This document shows positions 8,673-18,424 of a stretch of DNA of 64,000 nt, piece after piece. The first letter of the stretch is position 1. Every line of letters starts with the position of its first letter. The position numbers and the translations under genes were made by a program. The notes below the pieces were generated by a model. The model saw only the letters and a list, made by a program, of their open reading frames with translations, made no database searches and was not told where the DNA came from. Source of the DNA: Archaeoglobus sp. JdFR-37 (lineage in GTDB: Archaea; Halobacteriota; Archaeoglobi; Archaeoglobales; Archaeoglobaceae). Location: NCBI GenBank assembly GCA_002010215.1, contig MTMY01000033.1:1-64000 (forward strand). Reading direction: 5' to 3'.

Positions 8673-9862
8673 AGTTTCAGCTCCCTTCTGAATGCCTGAA
8701 ATCCCGTTATTGCCCTTCCCAGAATGAGCGTGTGGATGTCATCTGTTCCCTCGTATGTATAAACGGACTCAATGTTTGTCATGTGCCTTATCGGAGAGTA
8801 GTCGAGGCTTATTCCGTTGGCTCCCAGAAGCTCTCTGGCAGTTCTCGCACAGTATCTTGCAACTCTGAGGTTGTTTTTCTTTGCGAGGGATACCTGCTCT
8901 GGAGTGGCCTTTCCCTTATCCATGAGCCTTCCGAGTCTCCAGGATAGCAGCTGCCCCTTCGTTATTCTGATGAGCATATTCACCAGCTTCTCCTGAACAA
9001 GCTGATAGCTTGCAATTGGCACGCCGAACTGCTTCCTCTCCTTTGTATAATTCAGAGCAGTCTCATAGCAGTCCATGGCTGCCCCTATCGCCCCCCAGGA
9101 GATTCCGTATCTGGCCTGATCAAGACAGCTCAAGGGAGCTCTTAAACCGAGAGCTTCGGGCAGTCTGTTCTCTTCAGGGACTCTACAATTGATTAATCCT
9201 ATCTCTCCAACACCTCCAGCCCTCATCGACCCTTTCTTGGTAATTGCATTCTGTTGGAACCCCTTCACCCCTCTCTCAACGATGAAGCCCTTGATCTTTC
9301 CGTCATCAACATCCCTAGCCCACACGACAGCTATATCTGCTATATCTGCCTCCGTTATCCATGTCTTCGTCCCGTTGAGAACCCATTCGTCTCCATCTCT
9401 TCTAGCTGTTGTAGTCATTGAACCTGGATCGCTGCCATGATTTGGCTCAGTAAGGCCGAAGCATCCGATCATCTCTCCTTTCGCAAGTCTTGGCAAATAC
9501 TTGCGCTTTTGCTCCTCACTTCCATACTTCCATATTGGATACATCACAAGCCCGCTTGTTACAGCTACGAAGCTTCTCAGAGCACTGTCAACTCTCTCAA
9601 CTTCCTGACAGATTATCCCGAAGGTTGTATAGTTCATCCCCGGGCAGCCATATTCTTCTGGAATAAATGCGCCGAGCATTCCGAGCTCTCCAAATTTAGG
9701 CCCGAGCTCTCTGAAGTCCAATGATTCCTCCTTGTGCCAGGCTTCGACGACTGCATCTTTAACTTCCTTTTCAAGAAATTCTCTGACAGCACTTCTTACG
9801 AGCCTCTCTTCGTCGGTTAGAAGCTCATCGATGTTGTAAAAATCAACCCCTCTAAACACCAC
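8669..9862 (-). CDS. Acyl-CoA dehydrogenase, glutaryl-CoA dehydrogenase-like
   Basis: EVERVDS, GCFGLTEPNHGSDP, RKQFG, LGANGI, YTYEGT. Confidence 0.85.
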   Translation of the reverse strand: MVFRGVDFYNIDELLTDEERLVRSAVREFLEKEVKDAVVEAWHKEESLDFRELGPKFGELGMLGAFIPEEYGCPGMNYTTFGIICQEVERVDSALRSFVAVTSGLVMYPIWKYGSEEQKRKYLPRLAKGEMIGCFGLTEPNHGSDPGSMTTTARRDGDEWVLNGTKTWITEADIADIAVVWARDVDDGKIKGFIVERGVKGFQQNAITKKGSMRAGGVGEIGLINCRVPEENRLPEALGLRAPLSCLDQARYGISWGAIGAAMDCYETALNYTKERKQFGVPIASYQLVQEKLVNMLIRITKGQLLSWRLGRLMDKGKATPEQVSLAKKNNLRVARYCARTARELLGANGISLDYSPIRHMTNIESVYTYEGTDDIHTLILGRAITGFQAFRRELKL

Positions 9863-9911
9863 TTTACTTCACCCACTTGTGGCTGCATTAAGAATCAATA
9901 TATATAATTTT

Positions 9912-9927
9912 TGGAAGTTAACTTCCA
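9912..9927. promoter_or_regulatory. NrpR-type operator (perfect 16-bp palindrome) abutting BRE/TATA of the dehydrogenase-sucCD operon
   Basis: TGGAAGTTAACTTCCA; minus-strand TTATATATA at 9899-9907. Confidence 0.75.
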
Positions 9928-9957
9928 TTTTAATCAGTCAATTAAGCCTCATATCCT

Positions 9958-10082
9958 TCATATACTTTTAGAGCAATAGGACGCTATAATATAGAAATAA
10001 GCTCCTCTAAACACCATTTTACTTCATTTTATTTATGATAATATTGAAAATTAATGCAAATAGTTTTCGGAAGTAAATTTCC
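9958..10082 (-). repeat. Degenerate duplicate of the acyl-CoA dehydrogenase 5' end and promoter, including operator GGAAGTAAATTTCC (10069-10082)
   Basis: 10004-10026 matches 9849-9871 at 22/23 nt; mini-ORF MVFRGAYFYII... versus MVFRGVDFYNI. Confidence 0.65.
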
Positions 10083-10391
10083 ATATAAGATACTTTACAA
10101 AAATCGCAAAGAAAGCTTCTTCGAAACGAATGGGTGATAATCCGTATTGGCTGAGCTGTCACACCTCAAACGGAACTTTTTGTCTCTCGGATAGAACTGC
10201 TCTTTGGTTACATCTCTAATTGAGATCACTTGAAGTGAAGGTTCTTCGCTCCAATACTCAGTAGCTCTCCCAACCTCACACCCTGATAGAATTAAGGTTA
10301 TGTTTAGTTCTAATTCAAAACATATCACATCTTCGACAGGAATGTAAAAAAGTTAATATATTGGACGTTGAAAGTAAATTTGGTGGCTGAG

Positions 10392-10676
10392 ATGATCAGT
10401 GAAATCTCAACGCTTTTCGGTATGCGAGTATATACTGATGAGGGAAGATATGTCGGAAAGATTCAGGATGTAGTGATAGACGAGGAAAAGAAGATGATTA
10501 AGGGCATCGCTGTTGTTGAGTACAATAGAGCTCTGATAGAATCGCGGGCACAAGGAGTGATACTGCCATACGCTCTTGTCAAGGCTATAGGGGATATAGT
10601 TCTGGTTAAAGATGTTTTCAAGAGAAGGAGGAAGAAACAGGAAGCGGAAGAAGCTGATGAAGTTGAAGCATCTTGA
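10392..10676 (+). CDS. PRC-barrel domain protein
   Basis: LFGMRVYTDEGRYVGKIQDV..., LPY..VKAIGDIVLV. Confidence 0.85.
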   Translation: MISEISTLFGMRVYTDEGRYVGKIQDVVIDEEKKMIKGIAVVEYNRALIESRAQGVILPYALVKAIGDIVLVKDVFKRRRKKQEAEEADEVEAS

Positions 10677-11382
10677 GCTATATTCTCTTCTCTTAGCTCC
10701 TCTGCCATTTATGGTTCGAGTTGATGGGCGCAATTTTTCAAAAATTCTTTCTGATTTTGAGAAGCCGTATGACGAGAAATTCGCAAGAATCATGGTGAAC
10801 TCAGCTGTAGCAATTATGAAGGAGTTCAACGCAACACTCTGTTACATTTTCAGCGATGAGGCAAATTTCTATTTTCAGCATGAAATTTTCTCCCGAAGAG
10901 TGGAGAAAATCAATTCTGTGATTGCATCAATGTTCTCGTCAAGCTTCTCTCTTGCAATAGGTAAGCCAGTGAGCTTCGATTCTAGGATAATACACGTTCC
11001 AGAAAATCTGCTGGTTGAGTATCTTTCAGGCAGGCAAAAGGAATGCTGGAGGAACCACCTAAACGCCTATGCATTCTATAAAATGCTGGAGAAAGTTAAG
11101 AATAGGAATGAGGCTCAAAGGAGGCTCACGGGTATGAAATCTGCACTCCTTCACGATTTTCTTTTTGAGAGAGGTATAAATCCTGCCAGAACTCCTGCTT
11201 GGCAACGAAGAGGAATACTGATTCACTGGGTTCAGGAGGAAAGGAGAAAAATTCATCAGGGAAAAGAAGTGGTTTTTACCAGAAGGGTGTTGAAGCAGAA
11301 CTGGGAACCACCACTTTTCTGGACAGAAGAAGGAAAAAATTATCTTTCGACGGTTACTGGGGTAGTTGGAAATGGGTTATAA
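10657..11382 (+). CDS. tRNA(His) guanylyltransferase Thg1-like protein
   Basis: RVDGRNFSK, FSDE, FDSR, RQ.ECWRN, PAWQRRG. Confidence 0.9.
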   Translation: MKLKHLELYSLLLAPLPFMVRVDGRNFSKILSDFEKPYDEKFARIMVNSAVAIMKEFNATLCYIFSDEANFYFQHEIFSRRVEKINSVIASMFSSSFSLAIGKPVSFDSRIIHVPENLLVEYLSGRQKECWRNHLNAYAFYKMLEKVKNRNEAQRRLTGMKSALLHDFLFERGINPARTPAWQRRGILIHWVQEERRKIHQGKEVVFTRRVLKQNWEPPLFWTEEGKNYLSTVTGVVGNGL

Positions 11383-11437
11383 TAAGGCAAAAGGGCTCGA
11401 AGGGATTAGAAAGAGCTGAGGTAGTTGAGGTGAAGGG

Positions 11438-12931
11438 ATGGTAGTAGGCATTGATGTTGGTGGTACGAACACCGATGCTGCGATAGTTAAGGATGACATA
11501 ACCACAATAAAGCTCCCCAATGAACAGGGGATTGAGGGAGTTCTTGCCGTCATAAGTAAAAAAGTAAATTTAAAGGATGAAAAAGTAATAGTTTCTACAT
11601 CACTTCCACTGAATCTAGTTCTCAGCAAGTTTGATGAGATTTCCACCCTCACACTTCTTGTTCCGGGCCCCGGTCTAGATTACAGTAGTTATGGTGTAAT
11701 CCTCAGAGGTGCAGTCAACCACAGAGGCGATGTGGTTGAGGATGTTGACGTGGCAGAAATACAGAAGATTCTTTCTGGGCTACAGGCAGAGAACGTGGCA
11801 ATTGCGGTTAAGTTTTCTGTAAGAAATCCAAAATTGGAGCACGACATATTCAGATTAGCAGAGTCATATTACGGAGAGACTAGAATTGCCCTGAGCCACC
11901 ATGTTGGTGGTATGAACTATCCTCTGCGGATAAACACTACAGTTCTTAATGCAAAGATAATGGAGACCGTGCACAACCTCACCAGCAATATTCGAGCAAT
12001 GGCTGGAGATTTCTTCTACTATAAAGGAGATGGTGGCATAATCCCATTCTCAATAGCTCTTCGCAATCCCTCCGAGCTTTATAACTCAAGCAGCGCTGCT
12101 GTGGCCATAGGTGCTCATTACCTAAGCAGAAAAAAGGATGCGCTAGTAGTAGATTTTGGTGGTACAACAACGGACTTTGTGATGTTGAAGGATGGAAAGC
12201 CCGAAATCGATGAGAGTGCGATAATTGTAGGGAAAAAAACACTGGTGAGGTGCGTAAAATCAGCAAACATTCCTTATGGTGGAGATTCTCCTATAGTTGA
12301 TGGCGGATTGATAAAGGGGAGAAAAGACAATTCTCTAGCCTTTGGTGGCAGGTACTTCACGATTACCGATGCCCTCAACTGCATGGGATGTGAAATAGGA
12401 GACTACAGAGCTTCCAGAAACTATCCTGAGGAATTTGAGTTACCGCTTCAAACGTATCTCGAAATGGTTGCTGAGATAATAAAAAATAGCAGGGCTGAGA
12501 GGGTAATCGGAACAGGCTATCTCGCCAGATATATGGCGGATGTGCTCCATGACACATTCGGAATTCGCATGGAGGTCCCACTATATGCTGAATCTGCTAA
12601 CGCAATTGGTGTAGCAGTTTCCAGAATCAGCCTCACCCTTTACGCAAGATATGACTTTGAGAACAGGAAAGTTGTGTATAATGGTGAAATTGAAGGGGTT
12701 GAGACTCTCTCCAGAAATGCAGATGATGAGGAGATAATAGCCATGGCGGAGGAGAAGCTGAGAACCATGGCTATGCAGTATGGAGCGGATGAGGAGGATG
12801 TGAAAGACGTTAGAATTCTTTACTTCAACTCCTTTGATGTTGTCAGAGGGGGCATAATGAGAGGTAGAATTGCAGATGTTGTTATTCAGATAGAACCCGG
12901 AATTAGGAGTGATATAGAGGTGGTTGTTTGA
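11438..12931 (+). CDS. Hydantoinase/oxoprolinase-family (ASKHA ATPase) protein
   Basis: GIDVGGTNTD, KGDGG, DFGGTTTD, ANAIGVA. Confidence 0.85.
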   Translation: MVVGIDVGGTNTDAAIVKDDITTIKLPNEQGIEGVLAVISKKVNLKDEKVIVSTSLPLNLVLSKFDEISTLTLLVPGPGLDYSSYGVILRGAVNHRGDVVEDVDVAEIQKILSGLQAENVAIAVKFSVRNPKLEHDIFRLAESYYGETRIALSHHVGGMNYPLRINTTVLNAKIMETVHNLTSNIRAMAGDFFYYKGDGGIIPFSIALRNPSELYNSSSAAVAIGAHYLSRKKDALVVDFGGTTTDFVMLKDGKPEIDESAIIVGKKTLVRCVKSANIPYGGDSPIVDGGLIKGRKDNSLAFGGRYFTITDALNCMGCEIGDYRASRNYPEEFELPLQTYLEMVAEIIKNSRAERVIGTGYLARYMADVLHDTFGIRMEVPLYAESANAIGVAVSRISLTLYARYDFENRKVVYNGEIEGVETLSRNADDEEIIAMAEEKLRTMAMQYGADEEDVKDVRILYFNSFDVVRGGIMRGRIADVVIQIEPGIRSDIEVVV

Positions 12932-14028
12932 CCACAGGTATAGTTTACCACCGCCGCTACTTGGAGCATGAACAAACGCCAACCCATCCTGAGAGGAGAG
13001 AAAGACTGGCATATACCATGGATCAGTTTCTTGAAGAAGGTATTTTTGACTTGGATGAAATAATACTTCTTGAGCCCTTTGAAGCAGATGTAGAGGATGT
13101 TCTTGAAGTGCATACCCCTGAATATGTGGAATTCTTGAGGAGAGAGAGCAGGAAAGGTGGAATAATAGATTACGACACCAACATCCCCGTCGGAGTTTTT
13201 GAGAATGCATTGCTGGCTGCAGGAGGGGCCATAAGGGCCGCCATGGCAGTGAAGGATGGTGAAGTTGATAACGCATTTGCCATGGTCAGGCCGCCCGGCC
13301 ATCATGCAAAACCATACACTGGAGCAGGTTTCTGTTACTTCAACAACATGGCAATAATGGTTAGATGGTTACAGAAGAACGGTTTCAGGAAGGTGCTGAT
13401 AATTGACTGGGATGCACACCATGGAGATGGTACTCAGGAAGTATTTTACCATGATAACACTGTTCTTTTCATCTCTGCCCATCAGATGCCTCTGTATCCT
13501 GGTACAGGCTTCCCACATGAGCTTGGAGAGGGAGATGGAGAAGGATATACTATAAACATACCTCTCCCACCAGGTTCTGGGGATGAGGTGTATCTTTATG
13601 TATTTGAAAAGGTTATTGAGCCTGTAGTGAGGGAATTCAAGCCAGATTTCATCTGCATTTCTGCTGGACAGGACAATCATTTCACAGATCCGATTACGGG
13701 GCTTGCTCTGACAGCTAGAGGGTATGCTGAAATTATGAAGAGGGCCGTCGATCTATCTGAGGAACTCTGCAATGGGAGACTCGTGGCGGTTCTTGAAGGA
13801 GGGTACAGTGTTGAAGCTGCCCTTCCTTACACAAATCTAGCAATTGTGACTGCCATGGCTGGACTTGATACCTCAAACATTAGAGAACCCCCAAAATACC
13901 TTTCTGAGCTTAGATGGCGCAAAAAAGAGTATGCCGGGCAAAAAGCAAGAGATAATATTATGGAGCTCATTAGACTGCACTCTAATTACTGGGAATGCTT
14001 TAGGAAATATCTAGAATCACTGGGTTAG
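12928..14028 (+). CDS. Histone deacetylase-family amidohydrolase
   Basis: HPE, RPPGHHA, GFCYFNN, DWDAHHGDGTQ, LEGGY. Confidence 0.92.
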   Translation: MTTGIVYHRRYLEHEQTPTHPERRERLAYTMDQFLEEGIFDLDEIILLEPFEADVEDVLEVHTPEYVEFLRRESRKGGIIDYDTNIPVGVFENALLAAGGAIRAAMAVKDGEVDNAFAMVRPPGHHAKPYTGAGFCYFNNMAIMVRWLQKNGFRKVLIIDWDAHHGDGTQEVFYHDNTVLFISAHQMPLYPGTGFPHELGEGDGEGYTINIPLPPGSGDEVYLYVFEKVIEPVVREFKPDFICISAGQDNHFTDPITGLALTARGYAEIMKRAVDLSEELCNGRLVAVLEGGYSVEAALPYTNLAIVTAMAGLDTSNIREPPKYLSELRWRKKEYAGQKARDNIMELIRLHSNYWECFRKYLESLG

Positions 14029-14107
14029 TGGGGTAAAGTGATAACCAGAAATTTAATTAGAAGTTAAGTTTAAATACTCAGCTATACTCGGGTCTTCGGG
14101 TGATTAT

Positions 14108-14632
14108 ATGGCAAGAAAACCTGCTAGGATGTTCAGGAGGATCGAAAGGCCCTTCACAAGGAAGGAGTACATAGATGGTGTACCTGGCACCAGACTTAGG
14201 CAGTTCGAGATGGGTAATAAAACGGCCACCTTCCCCGTTAAGGTCACACTTGTGGCAAAAGAAGCCGTTCAGATTAGAGATACTGCTCTTGAGGCTGCTC
14301 GTATTGCAGCCAACAAGTTCATTTCCAGAAGAGTTGGTTCAAGCAATTATTTCCTAAAAGTCCGTATCTATCCCCATCACGTCATTAGGGAGCACAAAAT
14401 GGCTGTAGGGGCAGGAGCAGACAGAATTTCCCAGGGAATGAGAAAGGCTTTTGGAAAACCAGTGGGTCTGGCTGCGCGAGTATTCCCTGGAACAAAGATT
14501 ATAAGTCTCTGGGTAAAACCAGAGAGCTTTGACTTTGCCAAGGAAGCGTTGAAGAGGGCAAGCATGAAATTGCCAACACCAACAACAATCGTAGTGGAAG
14601 AAGGTGCTGAATATCTAAAAGGTAAAGTTTAA
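14108..14632 (+). CDS. rpl10e: 50S ribosomal protein L10e/uL16
   Basis: ALEAARIAANK, GAGADRISQGMRKAFGKP. Confidence 0.97.
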   Translation: MARKPARMFRRIERPFTRKEYIDGVPGTRLRQFEMGNKTATFPVKVTLVAKEAVQIRDTALEAARIAANKFISRRVGSSNYFLKVRIYPHHVIREHKMAVGAGADRISQGMRKAFGKPVGLAARVFPGTKIISLWVKPESFDFAKEALKRASMKLPTPTTIVVEEGAEYLKGKV

Positions 14633-14650
14633 AAATTAATTTTAAAAAAT

Positions 14651-16273
14651 TTATTTTACTGCTTCTTTTGACACAACACCTTCGAAACATCTTTTCACGT
14701 GTTCTTCTGGTGGTGGAGATGTCATTAGGCTGACAACTACGAATATTGCTGCGGATATGGGTAGCACAACCACCAGCGGGTCAATGACAGTCCATGGTAG
14801 TCCAACGATTGTAGGCTTCCCGAATAAAGCCTGACTTATCCCGAGGGGCTTTGCTTCAGATGCGTGGATGAAGGTAAGGTAGAACAGGGCTCCGAAGAAG
14901 CCAACCAGCATGCTTGAGATTGCTCCTGCTTTTGTGGCTCTCTTCCAGAACAAGGCTCCTGTAAAGGCTGGAAGCGTTGATTCTGCCATGAGTGCAAAGA
15001 AAATTGCCGTCCCTCGTGCAATTATGCTTCCTGGTAGAATGTAGGCGAGAACTAGGCTTATGAACACGCCTATGATCACAGCAATTCTAGTAATATGCAC
15101 TGTGCTCTCTCCTCCAGCTCCCAACTTGATTCCCTGCTCATAAACATCCCTGCCCAAGGAAGAGCCGATGGTGAAAATGAGGCTTCCAACTGTAGACATG
15201 GCGGCAGCAATCAGTGTGATCATGAAAAGAGCCACAAACCACTCCGGCATGAAGGCGTCAATGAAAGTTGGAATTATCTTGTCTATGTTCCCTCCTGCCA
15301 CTGCAATGGCTGGCTTTCCATACTTCTCAAGGAAAAAGACATTGGACAGGCTGCCCACTATGAAGGCTGTTCCAGTCATCATGAACACAAAGAACGCCCC
15401 AGTACCAACAGCCCTGTTGAGGGATTTGGTACTTTCCACAGTCATGAATCTTATTGCAAGCTGAGGCTGTGCTAGAACACCTATACCCACACCTAGTATC
15501 AGCGTTGAAACAAGAATCCACCATGTAACTGATGCGAATTCAGGCATGGCGTGCCATCCGGTATGCCCCGGTAACTTCCCTGACTCATGGAATGCCTTTA
15601 TTGCCACATCGGCAAATCCAGCCAGCTTTTCATGAGCTGTCGTGAAGCCGCCAAGGATAGCGTAGGTAGAGAAGAGCAGGAGTACCATTGAGAAAAGCAT
15701 TATTGCACCGTTTAAGGCATTGGTGTAGGATATGGCTATTAAACCGCCGTAAACCACCCAGATTACCACGACTATGGCGATAATGAGTAGCGCTATATTG
15801 TAATCTATGTTGAGGGCCACTTCGAAAAATCTCGCCCCCCCAATTATAACAACTCCTGCGTAGAGGGGCATGAAAAGGAAAATCACAATGCCTACAAATA
15901 TCTGAATGAACCGGGACTGATAACGCCTCGCCAGAAATTCAGGATATGTAAGGGCTCCTAGGTTCATGCCCATGCGCCTTACCCTCTTACCAAACAGCAC
16001 GTAAGCTATGAAAATGCCGACTAGAATGTTGAGAACTGTAAGCCATAGCAATCCCAGACCAAAGAGGGCAGCGGCTCCACCGAAGCCAACGATGGCGGAT
16101 GTACTTATGAATGTTGATCCATAATCCAGAGCCATGATTGCAGGATGTACCTTCCGCCCAGCGACCAAATAATCCTCGGCAACTCTGGTTCGCCTGTAGC
16201 CATACCATGCAAGATATGCTACAACAAGAGTGTACAAAACCACAACAAAACCCATTACTCTATAGTCAACCAC
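14651..16273 (-). CDS. Sodium:solute symporter (SSS family)
   Basis: DYLVAGR, STFISTSAIVG, LA.RY, QPQL.IRF, AAAMST. Confidence 0.92.
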   Translation of the reverse strand: MVDYRVMGFVVVLYTLVVAYLAWYGYRRTRVAEDYLVAGRKVHPAIMALDYGSTFISTSAIVGFGGAAALFGLGLLWLTVLNILVGIFIAYVLFGKRVRRMGMNLGALTYPEFLARRYQSRFIQIFVGIVIFLFMPLYAGVVIIGGARFFEVALNIDYNIALLIIAIVVVIWVVYGGLIAISYTNALNGAIMLFSMVLLLFSTYAILGGFTTAHEKLAGFADVAIKAFHESGKLPGHTGWHAMPEFASVTWWILVSTLILGVGIGVLAQPQLAIRFMTVESTKSLNRAVGTGAFFVFMMTGTAFIVGSLSNVFFLEKYGKPAIAVAGGNIDKIIPTFIDAFMPEWFVALFMITLIAAAMSTVGSLIFTIGSSLGRDVYEQGIKLGAGGESTVHITRIAVIIGVFISLVLAYILPGSIIARGTAIFFALMAESTLPAFTGALFWKRATKAGAISSMLVGFFGALFYLTFIHASEAKPLGISQALFGKPTIVGLPWTVIDPLVVVLPISAAIFVVVSLMTSPPPEEHVKRCFEGVVSKEAVK

Positions 16274-16276
16274 GCC

Positions 16277-16390
16277 TCACACCTCCGAGTTCCATTTGAG
16301 AGCTGAATACGCTATACATCCTGCTACGAGAACTATACAGAGTATATAGGCAAGACCTACCCATACATCCAGTCCACCTAGCAAACCCAT
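16277..16390 (-). CDS. Symporter small accessory membrane protein (37 aa)
   Basis: MGLLGGLDVWVGLAYILCIVLVAGCIAYSALKWNSEV; GGAGGTG SD; immediately upstream of SSS gene. Confidence 0.8.
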   Translation of the reverse strand: MGLLGGLDVWVGLAYILCIVLVAGCIAYSALKWNSEV

Positions 16391-16714
16391 CACCTCCGCT
16401 GTGGGAACGCTTACGAAATATATACATTGCTACAGTGTCTCAAAGTCTCAATTTATCAATCCAGCTTTTTCAATCTTTATTCATGTGGGATATGCACTAT
16501 ATATGGTTTTCGTTGTAAAGTATTAGACCACTAAATCATACCAAATTAAACTTCATAATTTGTTGTGATTTTACAATGTTAAATAAGTTGAGCTGTCTAA
16601 GATTTCACGAAAAAAATTGTCAAACCGGATGAAAACTGAACTTTTATCATTGACAAGTAGTGTATTCTGGCAGAAGTAAAACTCAAATTTGAAAAAATAT
16701 GGAGAATTACCGAA

Positions 16715-18343
16715 TTACTCAGATTTCAAAAAGTAGTCCTTAAACTGCTCTTTCAGAACTTTCTTGTCGAATTTACCCACACTCGTCTTCGGAATGCTGT
16801 CTGTGAATATTATGTCATCTGGTAGCCACCATTTTGCGAATTTTGGCCTCAAAAACTCTATAAGCTCCTCTTTTGTCACTTTTCCCTTGTACTCTGGCTT
16901 AAGCACTACAAATGCCAAAGGCCGCTCCTGCCATTTGGGATGTTCAACACCAATTACTGTTGCTTCAGCTACAGCTTCATGTCCCATAAGGGCATTCTCT
17001 AGATCGACACTGCTAATCCACTCTCCACCGCTTTTTATAACGTCTTTGGCCCTGTCGACAATTTTAACATAACCCTCTTCGTCCACTACAACAATATCCT
17101 CTGTCCTGAACCAGCCGTCGGTGAATTTCTCAGCTGTTTTCTCTGGATCCTTGTAGTATTCCTTAGCTATCCACGGACCTCTAACCAGCAGTTCACCCAT
17201 ATCTCTGCCATTCCACTCAACCTCACTGCCATCATCCTTCACGACTTTCATCTCCAGAAGAGGTGCAAGAACTCCCTGCTTGGTCTTCAAGTCGTAATAT
17301 GCAGCATCGTCAAGCTGCATGTAGCTCTTGGGTCTGTTGAGAGTTACAAGAGGCGTTGTCTCTGTAAGTCCATAGGCATGAATTATCTCGATGCCAAATT
17401 CTTCCCGGAAGGCTTTGATGAGGGCAACTGGAGGAGCAGATCCACCACTTATAACCTCTTTCAGGCTGCTGACATCGTAATCCGGATTCTCCTTCAGGAA
17501 CTGGTAAACCATCAGCCATATCGTTGGCACACCTGCTGTGAAGTCTATCTTCTCGTTCTGTATCAGTTCCACAAGATCCTTTGGGGTTGGGTGGGGCCCT
17601 GGAAACACCTGCTTGGCTCCAACCATTGTGGCAGCGAAGGGTATACTCCAGGCGTTGGCGTGGAACATTGGTACGATGTGCAACACATTGTTTTTCTCAC
17701 CGAGACCCATCATATCGGGAAGAGCAGCCACTATACTGTGCAGAACAAGACCTCGATGGGTGTATTCAACGCCTTTCGGCAGTCCTGTTGTGCCTGAGGT
17801 GTACGCTGTCCCGGCAGTCTGCCACTCGTCCAGCTCAGGCCAGTCGTAGTTCTTTGGCTTTCCTGAGATGAGGTCTTCGTAGGCGTAAGCAGGTTCCAGT
17901 TTCGTGTCGTAGCTCTTCTCCTTGCCCATAATAACATAGTGTTTGACATTCAGCTTGTCCTTCAGTTTCTCTATCAACGGAACCAAGTCCGAATCAATGA
18001 ATAGAACCTTGTCGTTGGCGTGATTGATTATGTAGGCGATCTGCTCGGGAAACAGCCTGATGTTAACTGTATGATAAACAGCTCCCATGCAGGCAGGAGC
18101 GAAGTAGAGCTCCAGATGGCGATGGGTGTTCCAGGCGAAGGTGCCAACTCTATCATCCTTCCCAACATCAAGCTCTTCCAGCGCATTTGCCAGCTGGCAA
18201 ACTCTGTTGTACATCTCGCCGTAATTATATCTGAAAAAGCTCCCGTCCTCCTCTCTGGAAATCAACTCTTTTTTCTTATACAGCTTTCTGGCCCTCTCTA
18301 AAAAGTTTTGCAAGGTTAGGGGATATTCCATCATTTTATTCAC
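16715..18343 (-). CDS. Acyl-CoA synthetase (AMP-forming, AlkK/DmdB-like fatty-acid CoA ligase)
   Basis: YTSGTTGLPKGV, VPMFHANAW, YGLTET, DRAKDVIKSGGEWISS, PKTSVGK. Confidence 0.92.
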   Translation of the reverse strand: MNKMMEYPLTLQNFLERARKLYKKKELISREEDGSFFRYNYGEMYNRVCQLANALEELDVGKDDRVGTFAWNTHRHLELYFAPACMGAVYHTVNIRLFPEQIAYIINHANDKVLFIDSDLVPLIEKLKDKLNVKHYVIMGKEKSYDTKLEPAYAYEDLISGKPKNYDWPELDEWQTAGTAYTSGTTGLPKGVEYTHRGLVLHSIVAALPDMMGLGEKNNVLHIVPMFHANAWSIPFAATMVGAKQVFPGPHPTPKDLVELIQNEKIDFTAGVPTIWLMVYQFLKENPDYDVSSLKEVISGGSAPPVALIKAFREEFGIEIIHAYGLTETTPLVTLNRPKSYMQLDDAAYYDLKTKQGVLAPLLEMKVVKDDGSEVEWNGRDMGELLVRGPWIAKEYYKDPEKTAEKFTDGWFRTEDIVVVDEEGYVKIVDRAKDVIKSGGEWISSVDLENALMGHEAVAEATVIGVEHPKWQERPLAFVVLKPEYKGKVTKEELIEFLRPKFAKWWLPDDIIFTDSIPKTSVGKFDKKVLKEQFKDYFLKSE

Positions 18344-18424
18344 CTGCCGGCAATTTTATAATTAAAATTACTAAAAGTTTGCGCTATGAGGCAGATTTTG
18401 AGTTCAGAATTTAATTTTAAACTG

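Noticed and set aside
10095..10328. 77-aa minus-strand ORF at the island boundary
   Set aside because: No recognisable motif or SD; cannot support as a gene
12581..13276. Long antisense ORFs (e.g. 12581-13276, 26632-27327, 52780-53403)
   Set aside because: Shadow frames of well-supported genes with no motifs of their own
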